NCBI GenBank assembly: GCA_964016885.1
Contig: OZ024750.1
Coordinates: forward strand, 20,522,001-20,586,000
Reading direction: 5' to 3'
Source of the DNA: Eledone cirrhosa
Taxonomy: Eukaryota
DNA length: 64,000 nucleotides
Positions 1 to 14,541 of the stretch are shown piece by piece. A program made the translations under genes and the position numbers. The stretch's first letter is position 1. Each line of letters opens with the position of its first letter. The notes beneath the pieces are model-generated. The model did not search any database and had not been told where the DNA came from. It saw nothing but the letters and a program-made list of their open reading frames with translations.

Positions 1-929
1 TTTTTACGTTTACTTTCCCTCCTATATAATTATTACGTTATATATTTATGCGCATTCGTTTATAATGTTATCATATCAGTTTCCTTTTACTATAATACAA
101 TACAATGTAATAATTATATTACACCGTGTCAAATGTTTACAGGAACATGGATTTCTGTGCCAGCGGCTTTAGTCGGAGAAGGAAGCTGAAACAAACTAGG
201 ACATGAACCTTTCAGATTATCTATGTGACAATGACTATCAGACAGCTTCCTGATGAGTTCTATAGAAATGTTTTTACTGTTCAGCTAAGGTGACACTAAC
301 TAATAAAATAGTGAGAGATGTTGACCGGCGCTGTATTTCTACAGCCTAGCTATGGCGGCACAGACATACAAATGCTGACTGTTGAGGGCCAAATGTGTAC
401 TTTCTCTATGAAGCTCAGTCTAGTTACGTATTTTCCCTAAACGTTTCAATTAGTTTTACGTGGCAATTTTCAGCTTCATTTTAAGAAAAACAGTGGCCCA
501 AAGCCCACTTCTAAAATGCCTGTAGGGAACGTCAGTGAGCATGGCACTTCTCAAAAGACATCCGAAAAACAAGATGCATGCCAGCTAGAATTCTAGAAAA
601 GGACTGAAAAAAAAAATATATATGGATATAGATATTGATATAGATATTGTAGTTCAAACATGGTATAGATATCCAAAGGTTTAGGGCAGATAGTTTGTAT
701 ATATACACACGGCAAGATATGAATCTCTTTAACCTAGGACTTGCTCTGTGTATTTTGATTGCCATCAAGGTGAGTCTCTCTCGTGTCTGATCAGACGGTG
801 AGTACACAGATGAAACACCAGAGTAACAGGTCTCATCTTTGGCCATACGAAGGTAAACACATATCACGACAATTTCATGCTGTACTAATTGCCGTAACCC
901 GCCCTATATATATATATGTATATATACAC

Positions 930-994
<65 letters not shown>

Positions 995-1605
995 TGTGTG
1001 GGGGCATATACTGTGTTTACTTATTGTGGTAGTGCATAATCATGAGATTGTGTTAGAATTAATGTGCTGTAGCTAACGGATCTGACGCCTTGTCACCTCC
1101 CTGTAGCGAAGAACTTAATTATATGGAGAATATCTTAGTTTTAGAAATTATAGAAATTATTTCAAAGAACAGAACACGTCACCTGTGATTCTCAAATATA
1201 AAGAAGCCATCAAATTCAAGATCCAGTTCAGTATCAATGCGCATTGGTATCCGCAGTTCAATCAATGATAAAAATATTTTAAAGCTAGTGACCTCAACTG
1301 GAAACATTTTAATGGAGAAAAAGCACTTCAATTCATGCCACCTGAAAGAATGTTCCTTGTCACAGATACTGGAGCTGATCAATTGAAAATATCAACGACA
1401 TCTGCATATTTCCAAACTTATCTTTTTCCTTCGTCTTTTTGTCTTTACTTATATTTATATTCCATTTTTTCCCCTCTTTACATATCTCACCTTATAAACC
1501 AATCTTAGGTTTCTTTCTTTCTACAACATCTCTATATTTATATATATTCAAGAATTTTTTTCTAATGAAGGCACATGGTTTAGTCATTTGGATAACTGAA
1601 TTACG

Positions 1606-1746
1606 TCTATGGTTTCGATTCCTAGCGGCGATTTATGCGCTTTATTTGGACATATTTCACGTTGTTCCGTTCCACTCTATATTATGCGATTGATTAGAGT
1701 GTCCTAATCAAGCGCATAATTTGCCGCTAGGAATCGAAACCACAGA
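1606..1746. mobile_element. MITE-like element with ~47-bp imperfect terminal inverted repeats
   Basis: ctatggtttcgattcctagcggcgatttatgcgctttatttggaca / tgtcctaatcaagcgcataatttgccgctaggaatcgaaaccacag. Confidence 0.7.
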
Positions 1747-2490
1747 GAAAATGAATTATTCTTACTAGTCAAAGAAAGGGGAACATTTTCATACACACTA
1801 TTTCACTGGATATTTCTAAGAACTAACTTCAACATGCTGAAATGTGTAGTCCTTTCCGCTATTTGCTTTTTACATTCGTGAGCAAGACTTTCGTGTTTCG
1901 AACAGTTGGATGACTTCCTATGATAACCGACGGATGTACAATTTACACACGGACACAAATCCGTAGACACTACACGTATAATTTATTTACATATGCTTGG
2001 TTTTGTAACACTGACTCCTGACTATTCTAATATTATGAAATTTATCACATTTCAACTGTGACGGAATTGTTTATCGATTCAGAAATAATGTTACTTTTAA
2101 ATTAACATTATTAACATACTTTTTTTTTTTTCATTTTAATAGTACTTATAAAAGAAATATTATTAGCATTTAACATCCGCACTGCAGATTTAATATTTTC
2201 TATTTTAAGAACATGGATATTTAATTCTTTCATTATTTTGGATTTTTTTTTATTTCATGAACATTTTACAGATTTCAATAATTAGACTAAATGATACACC
2301 ACTTTGATACTGTCAATAAGATCGATCTGGTGATTTAATTTTTCGTGTCTACTAATTATTGTATAAAAAGCCTTGGTCAAACCACTAACTTATGTTTCAT
2401 TAACAGACGCATGCGGATAAACGTAAACACTCGCAGACAGACAATAATATAAAAATGGCGTAGACATACAAAACAGGAGGAAACATAATA

Positions 2491-2536
2491 TTACCACTGA
2501 TGATGTTGCAGGTGTGCAACAAAAGAACTTTGATAG
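2491..2536 (+). ncRNA. minimal hammerhead-like motif (G12 mutated)
   Basis: uuacca-CUGAUGA-u-guugca(ggug)ugcaac-AAAAG-AA-CUU-ugauag. Same architecture as 3568/6282 but with a different, still paired stem II. Confidence 0.68.
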
Positions 2537-2552
2537 ACTATATATATATATA

Positions 2553-2872
2553 TTGAAAACAGCTGGAGATATTGATGTAAGTAAATATTCTCTTTATCTG
2601 ATATTTTGTAACTAACCTTACATAGATCAATAACGAAGTATAGCTACAATGTATTATCATCACCTATAAACGATCGTAAAACAGTGAAGTATATATCTAA
2701 TGACTTGATTTTTTATTTCATTGTTTTAACTTATATCATGACTCTGTTTTCCTTTTAATGTTTTATTGTTTTCCGGGATTTATCTTAACCTACAACATTT
2801 TCAACATATGGATTACATTTAGTTTTTCACGCAGAATAGACCCCACAACTTACCTTGGATATCTCTGTGTAT
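2553..2872 (+). mobile_element. degenerate copy of the 52879-53232 HHR element family
   Basis: Shares tctgata.tttgt…ttacatagatc, ccta.aaacgatcgtaaaa, tgactctgttttcct and ttacatt.agtt.ttca with the minus strand of 52879-53232. Confidence 0.62.
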
Positions 2873-3118
2873 ATTTATAACTGAATTTTTAACCGTTGGT
2901 CAATAAATGATACACGTTGATTGCCAAATAAATTAACGGTGGAGATGTAAAAGATACAGAAGCGAAAACCAACCAAACAGTGAAGGTGTTTGGTTATTAT
3001 TTCTGGCAATATTATTACAACAATATGACCCTCCCCATGTATAACAATACATACATATATATATATATATATACACATATATATATATATATATACACAC
3101 ACATATATATATATATAT

Positions 3119-3194
<76 letters not shown>

Positions 3195-3256
3195 GTACGT
3201 ATATATATGTTAACAAATTCAGGACCTCGACAGCAGAGGCTGGCCGTCTCGACCGC

Positions 3257-3819
3257 AAAAGATGCAATATTTAGACAAATCACAGAGGCAATAAACATAA
3301 ATGAACTCCAACCAAAATTAAATAGAAAACATGAGTGGAACAGCAACATCACAACTTACAATTAAGGACAAAATGAAAACACACACGCACATAGAAAAAA
3401 CAACCAACCAGTAACATATAAATAAACAAATAAATAAACGAATATAAACACACACAGAGACCAGGATGTAACACATGCGCAAACTAAGCACACAACACAC
3501 ACACACAAAAACAAGATGGCGTAGGACAGAACAAAGGAGAGGCACAAAAACAAAGAAAAGAATCCCCAGTCACTGAAGAGGTCACATAATGTGTGACGAA
3601 AGAACTTTGACAATATATAAACAATCATCTGGTTGTGGAACCAACCAACGAACCAGAAATGTATAAATTCCTAACTTTATAAATCTATTATAATAAATTG
3701 AAGTGAAAGCATCTGGTGCGTGTGTTTCTTATTGGCAACATGACCCTCCCAACGTATAACAATATCGGTTTCAACACACGTTTTCAGATAAAGAATCTTG
3801 CTAAACAAATTCAGAAACG

Positions 3820-3822
<3 letters not shown>
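3257..3822 (+). mobile_element. shorter copy of the 6067-6960 PLE family (last ~35 codons + 3' UTR)
   Basis: Translates [35 protein letters not shown]. It is a high-identity reverse complement of 6067-6630. Confidence 0.88.
3568..3612 (+). ncRNA. minimal type I hammerhead ribozyme
   Basis: guca-CUGAAGA-g-gucaca(uaaug)ugugac-GAAAG-AA-CUU-ugac. Differences from the 6282 copy fall mostly in the stem II loop. Confidence 0.78.
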
Positions 3823-3885
<63 letters not shown>

Positions 3886-3905
3886 GTATGTACGTATATA
3901 TATAT

Positions 3906-4003
3906 GAACAAATTCAGGACCCCGACAGCAGAGCTCCGGCCGTCTCGACCGCTAGATCCGAACTGGGTTATGGTCCACCTGTTTTTTTACAACAACCTAT
4001 CTG
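3906..4003 (+). mobile_element. family A element, internally deleted (partial duplicate at 3212-3256)
   Basis: caggaccccgacagcagagctccggccgtctcgaccgctagatccgaa…gttatggtccacctg. Confidence 0.78.
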
Positions 4004-4318
4004 ATATATATGTGTGTGTGTGTGTGTTTGTGTGTCAGGATGCATGTACATACCTCCACTCACAAAATATTGGTCACCTTAAGTCTTTGGTAGAATTCAC
4101 ATGTTGAATGTGCTACGTGGTTGGAGCCAGTACCACACGGTGAAGAACCAAGCTCCTTTCAAAAATTAATTGTGGCACTTCATTCACTCAGCAACATACC
4201 CGAAAAATGCTGAATAATTTTTAAAAGCTTTGAATTAGTAGGGACGTTGCGGTGTCAGATATCTTGCTGTGTTCATTTGCCGGAGAATTTAGGTAGTGGT
4301 TTTTACAGCAATAATGTA

Positions 4319-4507
4319 TAATTGTTTCTACTTTTGGCACCAGGCCAGCAATTATCTCACTGCATTACTGGTACTTTATTATATCGACTCCGTAAGGATG
4401 AAAGGCAAAGTTAACTTCGGCGGGATTTGAACTCAGATCATAAAGGGAAGTAACTCTATGCTTCAAAGCATGGCGCCGGACCCTCTACCGATAGTGCCAA
4501 TCCACCG
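4319..4507 (-). mobile_element. tRNA-derived SINE, same family
   Basis: Full-length homology to the 47690 copy. Confidence 0.85.
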
Positions 4508-5339
4508 TGTATAACGAAATGCAGTTTGATGAACAGAACAGCTTTATGAGGGGATTGAGCGTGACACAATAATATGACAATGTTCTTTGAAATATAGGTA
4601 AAGTCCAGACGACAGCCCTCCGAAATTTTCAATCTACACAATGTCGATAACAACGCCTGGGTCGAAGAGCGGCTATGGCAAATGTGATTTACTCGCGATA
4701 GTATGCAATAAGATCGAATGATTGCCAAGCTAAATGTTTAGCCACATGTAAACACATGACAACCGTACCGTTTCATCACTTTATAAAATATCACAGAAGT
4801 GTTGCCTCTTGGAACCAGTGACAATAACTATCATTGTATTACACGGGTCATTGAAAGGGGAATGTGTTGATATAGTCACTCCAATACTACCATCTCGGAC
4901 AGATAGGTGGGTGAGACGTCATGGCTCGAGCGAATCAATTGACGCATCAATCGGGTTTATTTAGTGATTACATGGAATAATATGTTTGTGCCTAATATAA
5001 AAAGGTACCAGTTTTTTTTTGTGTCAGAATATATCAATATTACTAGACGACTAAAAAGACTCCAATTTTAAACAGTGAAGTTGATTTGATACACACTAAT
5101 GAAATAGATTGAAAATTATTCTCCATTATTGCAAATATCTGGAAAAAGAAGTTCAGTGAATATATGTATATATATATATAGAGTTATAGGGAGAGAGAGA
5201 GACAAATGTATCCATATATATGTGTGTATATGTAAATATATATAAATATATGTATAAGAAAATCAAGGGGAATTACAATTGACATTGGAAACAATACAAA
5301 TGTCTTCTTAAATGTAAAGAAAATGAAACATGCATCTAA

Positions 5340-5435
<96 letters not shown>

Positions 5436-6066
5436 CATATATAGGGAAACATACTAATATATAATATATCTCTTCAATAAATAATATGCCTTGTTATCAA
5501 TAACATATCTCATAATATAATATAAAAATGAACGTATCAAAATATATAAAATGAAATTGCTTTCACGCAAGATGATTTCCAGCATATATATGTGTGTAAT
5601 AATAAGATGAAAACATATCTACAATTGATGCTATTGCAAAGCTTAGTGCGTTTTTGTTATTTTCTACGTGATATATCATCTATTATGTTCATACCCAAGA
5701 TTGCAATATTACATTTCAGAGAAATAAATAAATGTAATCACTGCGTAAGTAATAGCAAACCTTGCAATATCTATATACATATATGTATATATATATATAT
5801 AAAGGGATACAATGAAACACAATCGTACGCACACAACAAGCACACACCATCCACATACCTGCTCACACATATATGTTTGTTTTGCGTGTGTGCGTTTAAG
5901 GTAGAGAAAAAGCAATCAAAAGAATAACGTCCAATGAAATGTATTGAAAAATATACGTGTTTAAATGAAACAATTTCTTCTGTATCATATTTTAATGTTC
6001 GAAGGAATACTCTAATACGTCAAACTGTATGATAGAAGCCTGGCTGTATATAATTATATATATATA

Positions 6067-6960
6067 TTTCGTTTCTGAATTTGTTTAGCAAGATTCTTTA
6101 TCTGAAATCGTGTGTTGAAACCGATATTGTTATACTTTGGGAGGGTCATGTTGCCAATAAGAAACACACGCACCAGCTGCTTTCACTTCAATTTATTATA
6201 TATTTATAAATTTACAAATTTATAAATCTATAAATTTCTGGTTGGTTGGTTGGTTCCACAACCAGATATTTGTTTATATATAGTCATAGTTCTTTCGTCA
6301 CACACTCTGTGACCTCTTCAGTGACTGGGGATTCCTTTCTTTGTTTCTGTGCCTCTCCTTTGTTCTGTCCTACGCCATTTTATTTCTGTGTGTGTGTTGT
6401 GTGCTCAGTCTGCGCATGCGCCACATCTGGGTGTCTGTGTGTGTTTATGTTCATTTATCTATTTGTTTATTTACATGGTTGGTTGTTTGTTCTATGTGTG
6501 TGTGTGTTTTCATTTTGTCCTTAATTGTAAGTTGTGATGTTGCTGTTCCACTCATATTTTCTATTTAATTTTGGTTGTAATTCTTTTATGTTTATTGCCT
6601 CTGTAATTTGTCTAAACATTGCGTCTTTTCTGTGTGTAGATTCTATTTTTATTTCTATGTTCTCTAATTTACCCTTGTGTTCTATCTTAGCATGTTGGTA
6701 GAGTACAGATGATTCTTTATTATCTTGAAGGTCTCGCCAGTGTTCATTTATCCGTTCCCCTACACTACGAGCTGTCTCACCTATGTACACTATATGTTTG
6801 TCTCTACATTGTCCTTCAGTACATCTTATGCTATACACTACATTTTTAGTTTTACAGTTAATATGGGGGCTTATTTTACAGGTTACACATTTCTTATCTA
6901 TACATGAGGGTCTTTGAAAAGGGTATGTCTTGCTAATAAGTGTTTTTACAGAGGTACCTA
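6067..6960 (-). mobile_element. 5'-truncated Penelope-like element of a third lineage (GIY-YIG + 3' UTR), flanked by (TA)n
   Basis: ORF 6521-7018 (true coding part ~6521-6960): CIDKKCVTC..NCKTKNVVYSIRC…VYIGETARSVGERINEH…[17 protein letters not shown]. Confidence 0.88.
6282..6326 (-). ncRNA. minimal type I hammerhead ribozyme
   Basis: aguca-CUGAAGA-g-gucaca(gagug)ugugac-GAAAG-AA-CUA-ugacu: 5-bp stem I, 6-bp stem II, 2-bp stem III. Confidence 0.8.
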
Positions 6961-7025
6961 ATATTATATTATATATACATATATATATATGTGTGTGTGT
7001 GTCTGTATGTATATGCATGTGTGTA

Positions 7026-7095
<70 letters not shown>

Positions 7096-8179
7096 GTTGT
7101 GTGTATGTGTGTGTGTGTGTGTGTACTTGTGTATGATTACATTTATGTATCAGCTGTGCTAGGGCGAGAAATAAAATTCAAATTTTATTTTAATATATAT
7201 ATACATAGGCATATATACACATATATGTATATATAATGTTTAATATAGAAATGGCTTCTACGTGACTACAACTGTTTCATTCGAAGTAAATCCTGATTAT
7301 AAATGTGAAGAGCAAACAGATAAAACACACCTATTTTTATCGTCAAAATCCCGACTCTACAGTTATACCGACTGGCATGCAAGCATAGTGGATCTAAAGT
7401 TCACTGGCGCCATGATGTTATCAGCCATTGTGAAATCTTATGCAATAGCCATTTACATTTGTAGACACTGCATGTATAATTCAAAGGATCAAGCTTCTTA
7501 TGCTGGATCTTTGTGGGAATTATTTTATGGATACATGTTTCTGTGGAAAATTCAGCCTCTTATATACCAGTTTAACGCTCATGATGTTTCATTGATTGAA
7601 CAACTGTAACAATCATCGCTGAAACCAATGGATGTCTATTCTACTGACTTGATCAGTCTGCTGTATATTAAAATGTCTGCACTTACGAAATACCAAAGAC
7701 AACTTAAGATATTTTACTTGTCTGACCCCATCTGGATCTGGCATTACATCAGTGATTGAAAATACTGAAATAACAACACCATTACGTTCTATGTATGTAA
7801 TATAAATATGAAATATAGCAATCGATTTAATTAGATTGCAAATATTGGAACATATCTCGAAAATATAGGAATAATACATTGTCTATTTGCTCTGATAGTT
7901 TTGTAATTAATTTCTGGCTTTTCACCAAAGAAAATAGAGAAATTACACCAGACCATATTCGAAAAGTTATTTGATTATATTTCCTACTAAATTTACATCA
8001 GTCAGTGTGAGAGAAAGGTATTGACTGTAAGTAAATTTCTCTATTATCCGAAGAAGCTCAGAATTTCTTAAGTATATGTTATCGATTAAACACTAAATTT
8101 CTCTAAAAGACTGTTTTGTACATTTTCTCGTTATACAATTTAATGCCTATATTTCAGATACCACAAGTATAGCTCATGT

Positions 8180-8430
8180 GTTAATTATTACATACCAACT
8201 GACAAATTAGTATGCACTATGCTTTGCCATGGGTTTAATTACCCATGCGTGACAAGCCGAAATAGATACACTCTCGATCCCCTCTCCCCTTTTATCCAGC
8301 GGAACATCTAGGATATAACAATTCGGAGAGAAGGATACACCAGCATTGGGGTGGGTTATTTTTAACAATCGGGAACCGATGGAACCCAAAGTTTAACCCG
8401 CCGGAATATGAACTCAGAAGTTAATAAAGA
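8180..8430 (-). mobile_element. old degenerate SINE (similar remnants at ~10230-10340 and ~30520-30610)
   Basis: aaagtttaacccgccggaatatgaactcaga matches the reverse complement of the B-box region. Confidence 0.5.
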
Positions 8431-10579
8431 CCCGCCAGATATATTCGATTGTTTAACCAATCTGTAAGTTGTATCTACTTATGTGTCAACATACATTCTA
8501 AACTAATGCAAACATGACTCCTTGGCTATCATAGTACGATATCTTAGAGTTTTGAATATCAATATAGGCTGTTCCATTATAGTTGTGTGATTGCGGATTT
8601 GATAGATAGAAATGGTGGAAATGCACCTAGAATTGATTGAACTAACCGTCACATGTTATCTGTCAAAATGATTCTAACTGAAAATTAAGTCAATGTTAAG
8701 CATTTCTATAGCATCCTTAACCAAGTTCACGTTCCCTTAACAAGGTTAAGACATGAACGAATGGGCATCCATCTGTTTCAACGATGGGTTTCCAAATTGG
8801 TAAAATATTGGAACAGATTGCTCAGATAATTAATGTGTAATTCATTGAACATTCCAGGAGCCCCTGTGCCATTAATGTAATTTACAGGAATATTCAATAT
8901 TTCGAAATATGTAAAAATACCGGTACATTCCAAACGATGCAGTTGGCTTTAGTCAATTCAGTAATATCGTAAATGGCACTTCTTCAAGATGGTGCTCAGT
9001 AAAATAGCGAAACAAGTACTGAGTCTATGGATTTCAAAGTGACATTTTTAGAGATGTCTTCATGCTGCAACTAATCGTAACATGTTTCTTGAAACACTGA
9101 ATCCCTATCGTCGAAACTGACGGAAGATCAACTAATTGTTGCATATCCTTCGTTCATTTGATTTGTTGTATTATTTTACTCGATTCTTTTTCTGTCAGTT
9201 TTGTTTTAATATTGGAATTATTTCCTCGGTAGAATCTATGTAAAGTTTAACGTTTTCAATTTTACGTCGATGTTATTTTTTTCTGCCAGATTTTCTAAAG
9301 ATTTGGTGTCTTCTCATAATTTCTCTTTTGTTGGCATTTATCTCCATATATGTTATATGTTATATATGTTATATAGTTTTCTCGTGTTATTTTTTGTCCT
9401 TGTATTGCATGACATTACATTTAGATGTATGAACAAAGTTCATTTGGTTTGTCAGTATTTTCTACGCGTACATGCTATGATCTAATTTGTTTTTGCTTTT
9501 TTGTTGTTTTGTTTTTCTGGCAATTTTTGGTTGGTCGTTGTTCGTCGTTTTTTTTTACTATGAATAATCGAAGTTTTATTTTTGAAAGATGGTTGTTTTC
9601 CTGACATTTTCCACGACTTTCTAAAAACAAATTTACCAGCATTCACCTTTTTCTCAATGTTATTTTTTTTTATAACTATTCTCCACATTCCTACCAAAAA
9701 GATAATATACTTAGATATGTTTTGCGCACACATACCTTACACAGCTCTATATGCAGAATTGATTGTCCATTGTGGTGAAACATTGTTTTCAGTTTCATCA
9801 TACACTGAGGTAGTCCTCCTGATGTACGCTGTCGAGTGGGCAGAGAGGTATCAATATTGGGTATTTGTTCATATTCTGTGTTCTGAGTTCAAACACCGTG
9901 AATGTCCAGTTTGTCTTCCCTACCATAGGGTTCAAGAAATAAAGTACCAGCCCAGAATTTGTGCTGCAACAAGTACGGGACTAATACATAAACCCCTTTG
10001 CCATATAATTGTTACCATTCCATACCGAATTTTATGTGATGTGTGTATATTTTAGTATTTTTCCTCCAGATGCTTCTACATTTCCTTCACATGTTTACTC
10101 AGCGAGACGGAAAAGTTTACCGTCTACCTCAAAAATGTTTGCAACAGAGTAGACATAAATATAGAAAAAAAAACAAATACATTTTGGTATTTCACCTGAT
10201 AATCTTCCACCTATAGAGTGGTATTTTAAACACGGGACTTTCAATCGAGCGATCTCAGCTGGTAATTTATGTCATCAAAGCCGAAAGGATGAATGACAAC
10301 GTTGACTCCAACGGCATTCGAACTAAGAGCGCAGTGAACCATATGACATTGTGATCTACACGTAAGAGTGTGTGTATAATAATCTGTCACTGTGTATGTG
10401 TGTATAAGTACATATATGTGAACATGTCAAAAGGTTTTTTTAAAGTTTACGAATAACACTAGAACTATATTGCAAGAGAATATTTGTACGTTTCAGATAG
10501 CGTTAAGTTGTCAATACAGAGAAAAGGGTTAGTCTTTCAAACGATAACATGCTTCGACTGATTGAGTGGAAATGGTGGT

Positions 10580-10689
10580 GTAAGGGAATTGTATTTCTAA
10601 TCTGAATGTATAGGGAAACTTAGCAAACATGATGCTGTAAGGGAATTGTATTTCTAATCTGAATGTATAGGGAAACTTAGCAAACATGA
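10580..10689 (+). repeat. tandem duplication, 57-bp period
   Basis: gtaagggaattgtatttctaatctgaatgtatagggaaacttagcaaacatga occurs twice. Confidence 0.9.
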
Positions 10690-11574
10690 CAAGCATAAAG
10701 GTAAACAGATTTGTTAGTCCGAGCCGTAGATTTATGTTTACCTCGATAGTATAGGAATGTATTTGGTGCATCTGTAGAGATCTATTTAGAATGGGGTTAC
10801 ATATATGCATGAATTAATTTAATTGTGATATGTAATGCACTAACCACACCGCACTAATAAAACATCATTTTTTTTTATTTTTAATATTTCCTTTTCTTTC
10901 AAGATTGGTATTTCTATTGATTTTTATAACATTGTTTCAGTATGATAAAGACTTCGATTATATCATCGAATTCTTTTTGTATATAAAGTTACATAAATCC
11001 TAAAACATGAACATTTTGATTGTGTCAGCAATTGTCTCTGTAATATTCTGATTTCATTCATTAAATATTAAAATTATGACTTTTGATTCTTATGTAATGT
11101 TCTGGAATATCCTATTATTTTAAAAGTGTCAGCATTTCTTTGAGTTTCCTCATTACTTGGTACCCATCCCGGTGAGTCAGATATAAATATACAAAATGAT
11201 TTTGAAAGCCTGTCATAATAAAAGTGAAACGCCAGTTATAGAGATGTAATCTACAACACAAAAACAGAATTAATTAATACAAAATTATGGTAGGAAAGAA
11301 ATTACATAATTTAGATTCTTAACTTGCCACGAAATATTATTTACATAGACAATATGAAAAGCTGAATCTATTAAAATAAGATGCCTAGAGCTAGAAAATG
11401 ATTCATTGAGTGTCACATACGAATCCTGAGAGAGTATTGTCACATTTTAACATAAGAAAACCTCTTCAGTATTGAAAATTGTTATACTAATACAACTCTA
11501 GAGAAATTACGTAACCTGAATACATACACACACATGCACGCATAAACACACACACACGCACATACATACACACA

Positions 11575-11693
<119 letters not shown>

Positions 11694-11805
11694 CGTATAT
11701 TTGGCAATATACTGTATGTTTAATTAAAAACATTTTGAACACCATTCGCTATGAGTTTTAAAGTAGTGATGATGTCACTTACTTATTCTCGGCAAAAACA
11801 ATGGA

Positions 11806-11871
<66 letters not shown>

Positions 11872-11879
11872 TTATATAA

Positions 11880-12980
<1,101 letters not shown>

Positions 12981-13489
12981 CTACTTTATTTCAAGAGAAA
13001 GGTTGAATTCTGACACCCTAACGCAACAGCCATATTCACTGAACCAGAACAATTCTCACCAACCCATTTTTTTTGACAATTATCTTTTGTTGGCACAACA
13101 TTTTCTAAAAGGCTACAAAATAAATTCCCAAATACGGGCGCGAATTTAATGTATTTGTTCACGTGACAGCTAAATTTCATTTATAACAAATCAAATTACA
13201 TTTATTAAAAAAAAACCTGCGTGAGCCTACTTTTTTTAAAAGTAAAATTAAATTCAAACATAAACTGGCCCGAAAACTGATGTGCTTATTCACGTGACTG
13301 CATCAACCAACCAAACTTCACTCATATATGAAAAAACAACCTGAGCCCCCTTTTGTTTGAAAAACTTTGTAACGCGGACTGGCGCGAAATTCATTATACT
13401 TACCAACCAACCGAATTACTTCTCTATAAACCTGGTATAAACCGATCAATTTTTTTTCCATATAAAACAAGTAACATTCAAAGACCAGC

Positions 13490-13640
13490 CAGATGTGAGA
13501 AAAACCACAGACCCTCCATCTCAACTCACCTTTTGAAAAGCAGAAGAACTGCGAAATCGGTAAAGGAACCAAATAAATATATATTTAAAACAAAAAAAAA
13601 GACCCCAGTTACATTTTCGATTTCATCTTCTTTTCTTATA
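13490..13640 (+). repeat. interspersed repeat, second copy at ~30838-30970
   Basis: gagaaaaaccaca…cttttgaaaagcagaagaactg..aa.cggtaaagga..caaata…cattttcgatt is shared. Confidence 0.75.
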
Positions 13641-13720
13641 CTTTCACTCGTGTAGGATACCACGGTTATTTTTCCTTTTGTAAAAAAAACTCACTATCTA
13701 ATATATATATATATATATAT

Positions 13721-14411
13721 AAATTTAGCGAGAATCGCATTTCGGCGGGTAGAAATTAGCGAAACGCAACTTCCGTATTGTGCAGACAAGCGCTCCATGG
13801 ATATGAAGAAGATACCAGAGCTATAAACATAAGTTAAAATGGTCAGACACGCTGAGACGATGGTTAAGAAGCCATTAACCACCATAGTCAAAAAAGCGAA
13901 CAAGCTAAACGTGTCAAACAAAATGAGATATGATTGAAACAGTTACCCGGACACGCGGGGAAGATGGAATACACCGAAATTGGGTTTCTGCAACACCTAA
14001 ATCAATAATTCTGTCTGCTTATAAAAAAATAAGCTATTGTTACAATGATCGAACACGGCATCGCTTTATCAACAGGTTTTTGTTCTTCGTGCGCCAGAAT
14101 CTCACAGGTTATGGAAGAACATGTGAGGTTCTAAGGGGAGAAAACCCCTATTTTGGCCAGTGAATTTAGCATGTGTAGTTATTGCAAACAGAGTTGTTTT
14201 TAGAATAAACTTAAGCGAATTAATCAGTCAATAGAATTAACTAAAAAGCCCCCCAAAAATTAAATGGTTAATCGCTTGACTTGGGAGAATAATACAAATA
14301 TAAATTTAGCGAGAATCGCATTTCGGCAGGTAGAAATTAACGAAACGCAACTTCTGTATTGTGCAGACGAGTGCTCCCTGGATATAAAGAAGATACCAGA
14401 GCTATAAACAT
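13721..14411 (+). repeat. ~110-bp direct repeat (13721-13830 and 14302-14411), possibly a duplicated Helitron-like 5' end
   Basis: aaatttagcgagaatcgcatttcggc…gataccagagctataaacat occurs twice; the first copy is preceded by tctaatatata. Confidence 0.75.
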
Positions 14412-14467
14412 GCTGCGTCCTATTTTCCACATCATAGAATGACCAATGAAGAAATCATATATAATCA

Positions 14468-14541
<74 letters not shown>

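Larger units (their letters stand above)
2400..3050 (+). mobile_element. older diverged relative of the 3257/6067 PLE 3' UTR, interrupted by a nested insertion at ~2550-2875
   Basis: Shared blocks atggcgtag, aaccaaccaa and tgaccctccc…gtataacaata, in the same order, plus a homologous HHR. Confidence 0.6.

Noticed and set aside
249-275. ctgatgagttctatagaaa, hammerhead-like
   Set aside because: No closing stem II pair in register and no convincing stem I/III.
1330-1410. + strand frame containing LVTDTGADQ, like an aspartic protease motif
   Set aside because: Short motif, stops immediately upstream, and no LTR-element context.
7262-7609. 115-aa non-repetitive ORF
   Set aside because: No recognisable domain or splice evidence. 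A host exon cannot be excluded without RNA-seq.
9582-10055. 157-aa ORF
   Set aside because: Low-complexity T-rich start, no recognisable motifs.
10580-10689. Repeat considered as CRISPR-like
   Set aside because: Only two adjacent copies with a 4-bp gap, in eukaryotic context; a simple tandem duplication.
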